Positions 54,902 to 64,000 of a DNA stretch of 64,000 nt are shown one piece after another. Both the position numbers and the translations under genes were made by a program. The notes beneath the pieces were generated by a model that saw only the letters and a program-made list of their open reading frames with translations, was not told the origin of the DNA and searched no databases. Each line of letters begins with the position of its first letter. The first letter of the stretch is position 1. The DNA lies in the IMG/VR virus record IMGVR_UViG_3300017971_000185, positions 62,001 through 126,000 of that record. One strand, given 5' to 3'.

Positions 54902-57900
54902 ATGTCGAATGGCTTTGGACACGTTCCGTTCGGTTCGGGTCCTTACGGGTCCACGGGTGGCGTCCTTGTGCCTGCGCCTCATGGGGTCGGGAGCGGCTAC
55001 GGGGGCATTCCGTATGGCGTAGGAGCATACGGAGCTACGACGCCTCCGCCCTTCGCGTTTCCGATCATGGGCGGCTACGGAGGGACGGCCTACGGGTTGG
55101 GATCCTACGGCAGCTTGGGGATGGTCGCGGGCACCGTCACGAGTGTCACGTCGATCAACGGGTTTCAGACTGAGGTTTTCTTCTCGACTGCGGTGGCCGA
55201 GAACACGGCTTTCTTCAATCCCGCAAGCTACGTTTTCACGCCTGTCTTTGGTGCCGCGCCGACTACAGCCGTGAGCGTTGCGGTGGGAACGACGGATGCG
55301 TATGGCCCCACGTCGGCAATTGTCACGCATACGGGTACGACGCTTGGTGGTCGCTACGACATAGAAGCCCTCGGGATCAAAACGTGGTCAGGCCAGCCGT
55401 TGATTCCGCCAGGAAGCATCGCTTCCTCTGTGTTGACGAAGGGCGATCCTCCTTCGTACACGATGACGCCGCCTTCCGGCGACACGGTGGAGATTACCTT
55501 CGATGAGATCATGCTCACGGAGGCTCAGTTTACGCCTGGCATCAAGGACAAAACGGCGTACCAATTCAACTCGTCCTATCCCGTTCCTCTGACGATCAAC
55601 ACGATCACCCATCCAACTGGAGGGGATGCTTCGGTTGTGACCTTGGATGTGCAGGGCATGACTTCCGTGTCGTACAACACGGTGATCAGCCCGGCTGATG
55701 CCATCATCTTCGACGGCACGTACCTCCCGAGCACGGCAACCACTTTCGCGGGAGTCGAGATAGGAACCGGAACCTCTACTATCGGTGCCGGTCGACTGTT
55801 GCTGACCAAGACCCCTACTGCCGGGTACGGATGGCAATTCATCGATACCAGCGGGAAGGTTCTGCCAGCTTCTTCATTCCGATGCGAGGTCACGATCGAT
55901 GTGCCGTCTGCATCGTTCGTGCCTCCGTTGTTCGATACGACGCTAGCGACTTTCAGAATCTCAGATGGCGCAGTCGAAGCCCTCTTCACGCTCAAGCGCA
56001 TCGCAGGAATCGATCACATCGAGGTAACGAGCGGGGCGTACTTTATCTCATCTCCGACGAATTGGAGCACGGCTGGCCCTTACACGTTTGGTCTCGTTCG
56101 CAATCAGAAGGCGGATACGTTCACGATCTTGGTGGACGGAGCACCCATCGCCTCCGCGCTCACGGGCTCCTTTACGGGAGCCGCGACTATTCCCGGCGGT
56201 GCGGAATTCATACTCGACCCGACCGGAGCCTACGACGTTCAACTGTTTCCGCTCCAGAGCGTGGACTTCACGTCCTCCCAGACCGTGTTCTCTGGGGCCT
56301 GGAATTTCTTGCACGGCCAGGGCGCGACGTTTCAGGGGAATGACGGAATCACCAACGATACGCTCCTTGTCGATTGCGGGCCGCTGGTGAAGGGATGGGG
56401 CGATGCGACTCCTGCCACGAAGCAGGATGTCACGGTTCGTGTCAACGGGACTCCGGTAGAGGTCTCTTCGGTCAACCCGTACCTCGGTGTGATTACGACC
56501 ACCATCCCGATCCCGTTGATGCCGCCGGGGACGATGACGGTGGGGGTAGACTACACGTGGTTCCCGTCACCCGTCTTCGAATTCGCAGGGCTGAATACGT
56601 TGGGGGTCGTGCTCAACAAGTACGACATCCACCCAGGGAACAACACGGTCTTCTCTCCCGCGGCGATGTTGCCGGGAGGGGGATCCAAAGAGGGCGAACG
56701 TTTCCAGTTTGGGCTCGTGCTCGCTCCGCAGACTCCCCGCGAGCCGCTGTACATCAGTCATCGGTTCCTGGGGTTTGAGAAGGCATACACGGCAGCGTTG
56801 AACAGCCCGACCACGTTGCTGTTGAACCGCAGCAATCACACGGTCGCGCTGCCAGACAGAGAGATCGAGGCAGTTGGAGAGTCAGTTGCCTACGATGGCA
56901 CGACCGATCCTGTCGAGGCTGATCCCGTTTGGTCGCTGCTTGGAGTCAATGCGCAGGATGAGAACCCGGACGACATCGCTACGTCGGGTATCTTCCCCGT
57001 CGATGATGCGCTGACAGGATCGTACAGCACCGGACAGCCGACGATCTACTCGCGTGAGATCAACACGTCGCTTCCCTCTACCGTGATCGTTGTCCCGCGG
57101 TTCGTGGTTGACAGAGGGAACACGGAGGTTCCGTTCCAGACGGATGGCGTGTTTACCGGGGTGGGGTTCGGAGCACACAACGACGATCACTTGTACCTTG
57201 TGGGCGCGTTGCTCATCAACGACGTGCAGCACATAGGTATGCTGACTGAGCCCACTCGGCCCGAAGAAGTCGAGTCTTGGGAGATTGCGCTCGCGACCGA
57301 GATCACGATTACGTCGTCTACCACGTTCACCATGCTGCAATCGGACATTCCGTCAATCGTCCGCGAGCATGTTTTCTGCGCCGAGGGTTCTCGTATTCAG
57401 ATTCTTGAAGGCACTCAGGCTGGTGTCTACGAGATCGTGGAGATCGTGGACAACACGGACGACACGGCGACGGTCACGGTTTCTGACAGCACAGCTTTCC
57501 CCAACGATCCGTCCTTGTTCGGCAATGCCTTCTTCACTGGCTACTTTGAGATCAAGTGGGACGGCGATGGTGACCTGTCGAGTGCGATAACCTATCGCCT
57601 GGTCATCCTGAATGACATCAAGGACACTCCCGAGGGGTGGGCGCAACTCTACGTCGGCGGCAGTCTCACGGGACTTGTCTTGACGATGGAAGGTGGCGTG
57701 CCGAGGCTTCCCAAGCCCGCAGATTCGGTGCTGCTGTTCCCCACGTCGGATCGTGGTCAGGTGTTCTGGGGATCGCTCAGTCGGAAGGCGACAGGGCGAA
57801 GTTTGTGGAGCTTTGTCCGGTACGGAGTCGAGGATGCCGCAACGGTTCACCACTTCCGCGGCGTCGTGGTCGCGGCCGAGATGAACGACAAGCCAGAGGA

Positions 57901-60346
57901 CGATCCAAACAACATCTGGTTTGTCAGTCAGGAGTTCGGCTTCTCCGAGATCGATTCGAGCGCCGACACGCTGTTGCTCAAGAGCACGTCGGACAACAAC
58001 CAGCCCGGCGTCAATGGTATCGACCTGACGTTCGGGTACGGCCGAGTGGAAGCGTTCCTCGATAGGACTCAAGCACTCGACCTAGACGCCACCTACCGAG
58101 TCGAGAGCGGTCTCCGAGGATCAGGAGATGCTCACATCGTTGTCCGCGATGGAGAGCGTGAAGTCCGTCTTGCGACGTTGGCCTACGAAGAAACCGTAAC
58201 TGAGCGACGGCTGATTGGCACTCTTCCCTCCATTTCACTTTCTGGGCTGCTTCTGCCCGAGCGGCAAGTCACGGACGATGGCGATGGGTGGGTCAAGGCG
58301 GGATCGTTGACACTGGAATCCGTCCAGGGCCAGCGGATTCAGTATCAGCAAGTAGCTGGAGAGACGCTCTCCTACGCGGTGAAATTCACGGACTACTATC
58401 CTGACCCGCTCCCGAGCAAGGGGCGCATCATGGAGATGCGTCTCCGGGTCGGGTCTCTGACGACGGCTGACGTATCTGGCAACACGGGGCTCTACTGGAC
58501 CACGGATGCAGATGATGTCGGTATCACACGTGGCGTCGGCATAACGTTGCGTGTGCCTGTTGGTCTCAACCCTGCTCGCGTTGTGTTGTTCGATGTCAAC
58601 TCCGGGGCTGACGTTGCTACTTACGACTTCGATTGGCAAGACGGAGATCTTCACACCTATCGAGTGCTCATCGATCCAGACTCGGATGCCGTCACTGTAG
58701 TCCTTGATGATACGGTGGTCGGCACAGTCACGTTCTTCGCCAATTTCACGTTCACGCCTACTGATGGTGTTGCCTATGGGTTCGGCGGCAGTACGACAGC
58801 GGCAACGGCTGAGCTAGAGAGTTTTTCTGTGGTCGTTACGCCGCCTGCAACGGTCAAGCGCACGTTGGGTGTTTGGCTTGGGGGCGACTTCGCAGACATC
58901 GACAATTGGGAGATCCCACGCACCGATTCGTTGACGGTGCCAAATAGTGATCTTTCAGCCGTGGTCGAGGAGATGGATTGGCGCTCTACCATCAAGGTTC
59001 GCATCCATCGCGATCCGACATGGGGTGTCACGATTCTTCGCCCAGACTTGCCCCCGCCGCCTTACTTCACGGGAGACTTCGCGACGCAGATCACAGAACC
59101 AAGCGCAGGCTGGATCAACGTCGAGTACAGGCATCTTCCTCAGCTAGATAACCCACAGCTTCAGGACACGTTGCTCACGCAACTCATGTCGCTGACGCCC
59201 CCGCACATCGGGTTTGTGGCCTTTGGAGCGCTCGACCCAGCGTCGGTCACGCAGCAGCGATGGGGAGAGGTTCGCTATCGGATCTACGAGTATCCGAGCG
59301 AAGATCTGATTGCGCCGCACCACATGGTGCTCAATCAGTACAACGTCGTTTCGGGTGGTGAGCTTGGTGCGGATGTCTCCGTAGAAGAAGTCACGGTGAC
59401 GACGGTCAATGCGACAACCATTTCGCTCAGAGTCACCAACATCACTGCGGACAGGGTGTTCAACCTTGAGTATGTGGATAGTGAGGGGGAGGTCGTAATC
59501 CTCACCCCGGATTCGTTCACATTCAACCGCGAGCTACAAACCATCACGCTCAACGACGGGCTGACCTTCCGTCCGTTGTTGATTGCGCCTCCTGATCCTA
59601 ATTTTGATCCGAATGCCTCGATCAACCCCGAAGCAAATGATGCCGGGGTGGTCGTTGATCCCGCCTCTGTTCACATTCCCGCCACGGTTCGCGCCGCACC
59701 CGGCGAGCCAGTCACGACATCCTATCTGACTTCGCAGCCTTTGCTGGAAGGCATCACGCTGCTCAATGAAGGGACTCCGCCCTTCACCAAGAGTCTCGTG
59801 ACGGGAACGGAGCCGGTGCCTACGTTTGGGTCGAAGGTCAACGATCCCACGGACACGCTCAGCACCGATCCCGACTTCATCCTGAATGACCCGTATCGTT
59901 ACGTCGATTTCGCGATGACGCTGCCGGAAGGGATGTACGAGAACATCGACTTCTTGGAAGTGGATAATGGAGGATTGACCGGTCGGCTTTCTTCGTTCTG
60001 TGACAGCCAGGGAAAGCTGGCTGGCCTACATGAGCTTTCCCTCGACGGCCTGGCGTTCACGGAGGTTGACAAGATCACGTTCACGGATGGCACTCCTGGG
60101 GTGGCTCCGGCCGGCGGAAGTGCTTTCCAGGTTCCGAATCAGGTCATGGCCTGGAGCGGCGGGAGCGCAACCACATACGGGAATCTCAATCAGGGGGCTT
60201 GGGGGCCTCCGCCTCCAATGCTGCCTCCAACGGGCTCTGGGAGCCTCTCCGGTATGGTGCCGATGGGTGTCATCGGGTTCCTCTACGACACCCTCGGAGG
60301 CACGACTCAAGTCCTCTACTTTGGCAAGCAGGTGCCCTATCCGTAG
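54902..60346 (+). CDS. Large beta-rich virion protein (1814 aa), possible lectin-like domains
   Basis: GYG/PYG-rich N-terminus; FDWQDGDLHTYRVLID LamG/ConA-like motif. Confidence 0.75.
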   Translation: MSNGFGHVPFGSGPYGSTGGVLVPAPHGVGSGYGGIPYGVGAYGATTPPPFAFPIMGGYGGTAYGLGSYGSLGMVAGTVTSVTSINGFQTEVFFSTAVAENTAFFNPASYVFTPVFGAAPTTAVSVAVGTTDAYGPTSAIVTHTGTTLGGRYDIEALGIKTWSGQPLIPPGSIASSVLTKGDPPSYTMTPPSGDTVEITFDEIMLTEAQFTPGIKDKTAYQFNSSYPVPLTINTITHPTGGDASVVTLDVQGMTSVSYNTVISPADAIIFDGTYLPSTATTFAGVEIGTGTSTIGAGRLLLTKTPTAGYGWQFIDTSGKVLPASSFRCEVTIDVPSASFVPPLFDTTLATFRISDGAVEALFTLKRIAGIDHIEVTSGAYFISSPTNWSTAGPYTFGLVRNQKADTFTILVDGAPIASALTGSFTGAATIPGGAEFILDPTGAYDVQLFPLQSVDFTSSQTVFSGAWNFLHGQGATFQGNDGITNDTLLVDCGPLVKGWGDATPATKQDVTVRVNGTPVEVSSVNPYLGVITTTIPIPLMPPGTMTVGVDYTWFPSPVFEFAGLNTLGVVLNKYDIHPGNNTVFSPAAMLPGGGSKEGERFQFGLVLAPQTPREPLYISHRFLGFEKAYTAALNSPTTLLLNRSNHTVALPDREIEAVGESVAYDGTTDPVEADPVWSLLGVNAQDENPDDIATSGIFPVDDALTGSYSTGQPTIYSREINTSLPSTVIVVPRFVVDRGNTEVPFQTDGVFTGVGFGAHNDDHLYLVGALLINDVQHIGMLTEPTRPEEVESWEIALATEITITSSTTFTMLQSDIPSIVREHVFCAEGSRIQILEGTQAGVYEIVEIVDNTDDTATVTVSDSTAFPNDPSLFGNAFFTGYFEIKWDGDGDLSSAITYRLVILNDIKDTPEGWAQLYVGGSLTGLVLTMEGGVPRLPKPADSVLLFPTSDRGQVFWGSLSRKATGRSLWSFVRYGVEDAATVHHFRGVVVAAEMNDKPEDDPNNIWFVSQEFGFSEIDSSADTLLLKSTSDNNQPGVNGIDLTFGYGRVEAFLDRTQALDLDATYRVESGLRGSGDAHIVVRDGEREVRLATLAYEETVTERRLIGTLPSISLSGLLLPERQVTDDGDGWVKAGSLTLESVQGQRIQYQQVAGETLSYAVKFTDYYPDPLPSKGRIMEMRLRVGSLTTADVSGNTGLYWTTDADDVGITRGVGITLRVPVGLNPARVVLFDVNSGADVATYDFDWQDGDLHTYRVLIDPDSDAVTVVLDDTVVGTVTFFANFTFTPTDGVAYGFGGSTTAATAELESFSVVVTPPATVKRTLGVWLGGDFADIDNWEIPRTDSLTVPNSDLSAVVEEMDWRSTIKVRIHRDPTWGVTILRPDLPPPPYFTGDFATQITEPSAGWINVEYRHLPQLDNPQLQDTLLTQLMSLTPPHIGFVAFGALDPASVTQQRWGEVRYRIYEYPSEDLIAPHHMVLNQYNVVSGGELGADVSVEEVTVTTVNATTISLRVTNITADRVFNLEYVDSEGEVVILTPDSFTFNRELQTITLNDGLTFRPLLIAPPDPNFDPNASINPEANDAGVVVDPASVHIPATVRAAPGEPVTTSYLTSQPLLEGITLLNEGTPPFTKSLVTGTEPVPTFGSKVNDPTDTLSTDPDFILNDPYRYVDFAMTLPEGMYENIDFLEVDNGGLTGRLSSFCDSQGKLAGLHELSLDGLAFTEVDKITFTDGTPGVAPAGGSAFQVPNQVMAWSGGSATTYGNLNQGAWGPPPPMLPPTGSGSLSGMVPMGVIGFLYDTLGGTTQVLYFGKQVPYP

Positions 60347-60392
60347 CCGGTAGCGAGCCTATGAAATTCCACAATCGACAGCGGAGATCCTC

Positions 60393-61040
60393 ATGCTCAA
60401 ACACGACTCCATAAGGCGCGCCAAAACGGCGATGAAATTCGCCTTGCACAACCAGCATGAGGAAAACCTCGGGTTGCGTGTGAAGGGCTTGGTGACCTTT
60501 GACATGCGTGACGCACGGACCGGTGAGGTTCTTTGCTATTGGCAAAAGGACAACATCGTTCTTCTCGATGCGGGGATTCTGACTGCGCGTCTCTACAAGG
60601 ACAATGCCGAGCCGCCGCACGGAATCAACATGCTTGCCGTGGGCACCGGAGCACTCGGGGCCATTCTCAATCCCGATGCGCCGCCGGTCGAGCAGAGAAG
60701 GCTCAACAACGAGATCGAGCGCAAGGCATTCGATTCGACCACGTTCCGCGATAGCTCTGGAGCGGCAGTGTCGATCCCAACGAACGTGGTGAATTTCACC
60801 ACCATCTTCAACCAGTCGGAAGCGGTTGGTCCTCTCAACGAGATGGGGCTGATGTCCACCATCTCGGACAACCCAACCGTCACGAACCCGAACCCCAACT
60901 TCGCGGGGCAAGGAGGGCAGCCATACGATCCGACGATCGATGTCACGCTCTACGACATGCAGGTCAACTACCTGACTTTTGAGGTCATCTCGAAACCCGC
61001 GACAGCGGTGTTGGCAGTCACGTGGAGGCTTTCTTTTTGA
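60393..61040 (+). CDS. Tail fibre N-terminal/collar-like protein
   Basis: NIV..G, AVGTG, LNNEIERK, LNEMGL motif series. Confidence 0.65.
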   Translation: MLKHDSIRRAKTAMKFALHNQHEENLGLRVKGLVTFDMRDARTGEVLCYWQKDNIVLLDAGILTARLYKDNAEPPHGINMLAVGTGALGAILNPDAPPVEQRRLNNEIERKAFDSTTFRDSSGAAVSIPTNVVNFTTIFNQSEAVGPLNEMGLMSTISDNPTVTNPNPNFAGQGGQPYDPTIDVTLYDMQVNYLTFEVISKPATAVLAVTWRLSF

Positions 61041-61116
61041 AACGATGTCCTTCATGTCTCGTCCCGAAGGACGAATCTGAATTCGGCAAATGCAAGAGCC
61101 GGAGGGTGGCCTAGCG

Positions 61117-64000
61117 ATGGCGCGCCACGAAAGATATTTCCCGTCCTCGACGCTTTCTCGGTATCTCCTGCCGGGAGAGACGGCGTGGGACACTCTCGTT
61201 TACCAGAGCACCAAGCCGATTCTGGATGCCGAGGGTGTTCTCCAGCAGGACGTTCGCGAGCTATTCCAGCGCCACGTGCTCCAGCACAATGTCCACTCGG
61301 GATGGTTGCGTGGGCAGACGCGTGCTGACCCCTACGATGACTTCAGCTTCGATGCGCCGTGGCTTCCCGGTCCCGTGCTCAATCCAGACTTCACCGCGAA
61401 CACATTTCACATGCGGAGAAGGCAAGCGCTTGTCGCAGGGCACTACGTGGATGTCGAATTCACGAACACGGACACGCCAAACGACAATCTGATCACACTC
61501 AACGCTCCAACGGTGTACGACGGGACGCCGCCTTCGTTCAAGCGAACAGACTTTGTTTTCCTAGAGGTTTGGTTGGCTGAGGTTCGCGACAGCCCCAATG
61601 CCACGGGAACGATGTTGGTCGTCAGTCCGCAGACGGTGAACCCCGGCGACTTCGTTACGGTAGATGGGATCGTTCTCACGGCTGTGATAGGGCCTCCTGG
61701 TTTGAATCAGTTTCAGATTGGAGGCACGGCGCCGGCTACCGCAGCAAACCTGGCCGCGTCGATCACGGCCAATGTAGGAACCGTTCGGACGCAAGTGGTC
61801 GCCAACTTGGTGACCATCATTGCTCTCGTGTCGGGTACGGCAGGAAACCTGATTGGCATTTCGTCATCCGTACCAGCTTCGATCACCCCCTCGGGCTTGA
61901 ACCTCACAGGCGGCGTCGATACGGTCAACAAGCCGACGCAGGACTTGATCTACCGACATGGCAATGTGCAATCGTCTACTACGGTCGCATTGCCGGATGA
62001 CTTGGCCGATCCCGCAATCAACGCCGAGACGGCGCGTAGGGTCCAGGTCCAGTATCGCATTCGCGTAACGGGCATTCCCGAAGGCATCAACTACAAACTC
62101 CAGCCAGACGGCTTCAGCAACCCAGCCATCATGGCACAGGGAGCGCAGACGGCTCCGGTAGCTTTGTATCCGTTTGTTCCTGCCGATCTGACGACGGTCA
62201 TCAACAACTCAGACGCGCGAGACGAGGTTGGAGGTCCGGGGATTGGCTACGGCATTCGGGACAACGGTCTCTACATCGCAGGCAACGGAACCTCGGCATC
62301 GTCGGTTGCTCTCGGGACGGTGGATGGCTACTGCTATGCGATTCCAATCGGTTTTGTCTTTCGCCGGAACGATGCATACAACGGCGGTCTGGGCGGTGGC
62401 TGGACACCAGCTACGAACACCAACGGGGCATTGACGCACGACCATGCCTTGTTCACGAATCCGAATCTCTACGATCCAGTAGACGTAGCCGAGTCTGATC
62501 GCCCGGACAAGTACTTCGCGGACGCCATTGTCGAGACGGACTTGCTCGACCTTCGCCGCCACGTCAATCTCATGGGTGTTGATCTCGCGGCAGAGCTACA
62601 GTTTCAGATGAAGGCTCTGCTGGACGGAAACTTCCGCACGTGGGCGATCGATACGGCTGACAAGCAAGTGATGGGAGCCGGGACGGGGGACGTTTCGACA
62701 CAATTCCTCGTTTGTGACCAGATCGGCCGCACGGAGACCAATCCTCCGGGGCTCAACGGAACGCCGCCTCTGTCTGGCGACACCACAAACGGTGAGACGA
62801 TCCGAAACTTCGATCATGTCTGTCGGAGGTTTGGCGATCAGTCCGTGGTCGAGCACTTCGTGCTGGAATTGTCTCCCACGGACGACATTGGCTCGAATGC
62901 AGGCAAGTACGTCGCACGAGCCGCGTATGCTGGCGCGTATCTCGGGTGGGCCGAAGAGGACACTATCCATATCGACTTGGCTGCTCTCAACGGATCGACG
63001 CTGGGCAACTTCAATCCAGCAGACGCGACGTTGCCCACGGGAGACATCTTCGACTTCATGCCCGCAGGGACGCAGATCACGGACATCCTGTCCGTTTTCC
63101 ACGATGACGGAAACTTCGATGTGGTCGTGGCTCAGGAGGCCCAGGTATCGGTGATCACCGGGCTGGGAACGGAGCATGTGACGGTCCAGATCGATGCGAA
63201 CACCACTCAGGTCAATGGCGGCTTGCCTGGAGCTACGCATGACATGGTGGGAACCCAAGCATCGGGCGACGTTGGATCTCAGCGCCGCATCTTCGTGGAG
63301 TTGGAGATCACGTATCCGCCCGGTGGCGGCTCGACCTGCACGCCAGACGTGGAGTTGACGGACCAAGACACCGATCCGTTCCCGTTTGGGCCGTATGTCG
63401 AAAACGACATTACGTTGACGCAGCGCCCGAGGGACATGGAAAACCCCATCGCTCCAGCGTTCCGCTCGGGGTTCCGTGAGATCAACCTGGAGTACATTGC
63501 CAACGATCCCTCTGGCGGTGGTGGGAATGCTGGGGCTCCCATCGGCTCGATCACGCCCGAATTGCTCGTGAGCCGAGACAATCTCACCTTCGTGCTTCCA
63601 CGTCGAGCCTGGGGATCGTTTGTCACGTCCATGAGCCTGACGGACCAGAACGACTTGGGCGGCCGAGTGATCGATGACGGGAACACCGACTACGGTAGCT
63701 CGTCTCGCTTCGTGCAGCTTGCCAATACGGGAATCATCCCTGCGGTTCCGCTCTCGGGAGCCGGGCAGACGTTGGTAGCCGTGGCCTGGTTTGGGCAAGA
63801 TGCGATTCCGCAGGCCGGACCGGCGGGTGCGGGCTATCAGGTCGGTGTGTACTATCGCTCCAATGCGCCGCAGACGGCGGGAGTGAAAGAAGGCACGATT
63901 CACACGACGATCACCAGTTTCCCATGGACCGGAGCGGGTGGTCCGATGCCCGCGGAAGTCGTTGTCGAGCCTCTGGCGATCTCTCCCGAGCTTTGGACAG
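61117..64000 (+). CDS. Large baseplate/tail fibre protein, truncated by the window end
   Basis: ATG 61117 after GGAGG; MARHERYF..VYQSTKPILDAE..RTDFVFLEVW..ETARRVQVQYRIRV; same frame at the window end; absent from the ORF track because it has no stop. Confidence 0.8.
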   Translation, partial: MARHERYFPSSTLSRYLLPGETAWDTLVYQSTKPILDAEGVLQQDVRELFQRHVLQHNVHSGWLRGQTRADPYDDFSFDAPWLPGPVLNPDFTANTFHMRRRQALVAGHYVDVEFTNTDTPNDNLITLNAPTVYDGTPPSFKRTDFVFLEVWLAEVRDSPNATGTMLVVSPQTVNPGDFVTVDGIVLTAVIGPPGLNQFQIGGTAPATAANLAASITANVGTVRTQVVANLVTIIALVSGTAGNLIGISSSVPASITPSGLNLTGGVDTVNKPTQDLIYRHGNVQSSTTVALPDDLADPAINAETARRVQVQYRIRVTGIPEGINYKLQPDGFSNPAIMAQGAQTAPVALYPFVPADLTTVINNSDARDEVGGPGIGYGIRDNGLYIAGNGTSASSVALGTVDGYCYAIPIGFVFRRNDAYNGGLGGGWTPATNTNGALTHDHALFTNPNLYDPVDVAESDRPDKYFADAIVETDLLDLRRHVNLMGVDLAAELQFQMKALLDGNFRTWAIDTADKQVMGAGTGDVSTQFLVCDQIGRTETNPPGLNGTPPLSGDTTNGETIRNFDHVCRRFGDQSVVEHFVLELSPTDDIGSNAGKYVARAAYAGAYLGWAEEDTIHIDLAALNGSTLGNFNPADATLPTGDIFDFMPAGTQITDILSVFHDDGNFDVVVAQEAQVSVITGLGTEHVTVQIDANTTQVNGGLPGATHDMVGTQASGDVGSQRRIFVELEITYPPGGGSTCTPDVELTDQDTDPFPFGPYVENDITLTQRPRDMENPIAPAFRSGFREINLEYIANDPSGGGGNAGAPIGSITPELLVSRDNLTFVLPRRAWGSFVTSMSLTDQNDLGGRVIDDGNTDYGSSSRFVQLANTGIIPAVPLSGAGQTLVAVAWFGQDAIPQAGPAGAGYQVGVYYRSNAPQTAGVKEGTIHTTITSFPWTGAGGPMPAEVVVEPLAISPELWT

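Noticed and set aside
939-64000. Bacterial eCIS/tailocin/T6SS locus rather than a phage
   Set aside because: No AAA ATPase or membrane complex seen; giant structural genes and interspersed phage-type accessory genes fit a large phage. Head genes are not in the window, so this is not proven.
51506-64000. Diversity-generating retroelement or invertible fibre cassette
   Set aside because: No reverse transcriptase, recombinase, TR/VR pair or inverted repeats noticed.
1-64000. Stop-codon reassignment, tRNA or rRNA genes
   Set aside because: Long genes are intact under the standard code and end in TAG, TGA and TAA; no tRNA cloverleaf or rRNA recognised in the short gaps.

Overview
GC-rich segment of a large (probably jumbo) contractile-tailed phage covering the tail/baseplate module, nearly all on the + strand. 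Gene order: FmdB-type Zn-ribbon gene, a very large (1779 aa) tail sheath, tail tube, two probable tail assembly chaperones, tape measure, two tube-fold initiator-like genes, a hub with an inserted lytic transglycosylase-like domain, spike, a 3634-aa giant protein, gp25-like, baseplate J-like and wedge genes, then tail fibre genes. A ~7.4 kb accessory island (6279-13722) separates sheath and tube. It contains a Zn-finger/PD-(D/E)xK nuclease fused to an amino-DNA-methyltransferase with its own promoter, a synonymously different relic of the sheath 3' end set inside a duplicated DUF932 3' end, an RHH gene, DUF932, a minimal PolX-SWIM fusion and a SpeD-like decarboxylase. Non-coding signals: a 3-copy ECF-like promoter (GTAAACTT-N12-CGCGTAGA), a candidate late motif (TAG-N5-CTAT), and two related structured CAGA-repeat elements, one before the sheath gene and one after the tube gene. 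The best candidates for undescribed biology are the nuclease-MTase homing-like element with its scarred target relic and the paired CAGA-repeat RNA elements. All product calls come from motifs and synteny read by eye; no database search was run.
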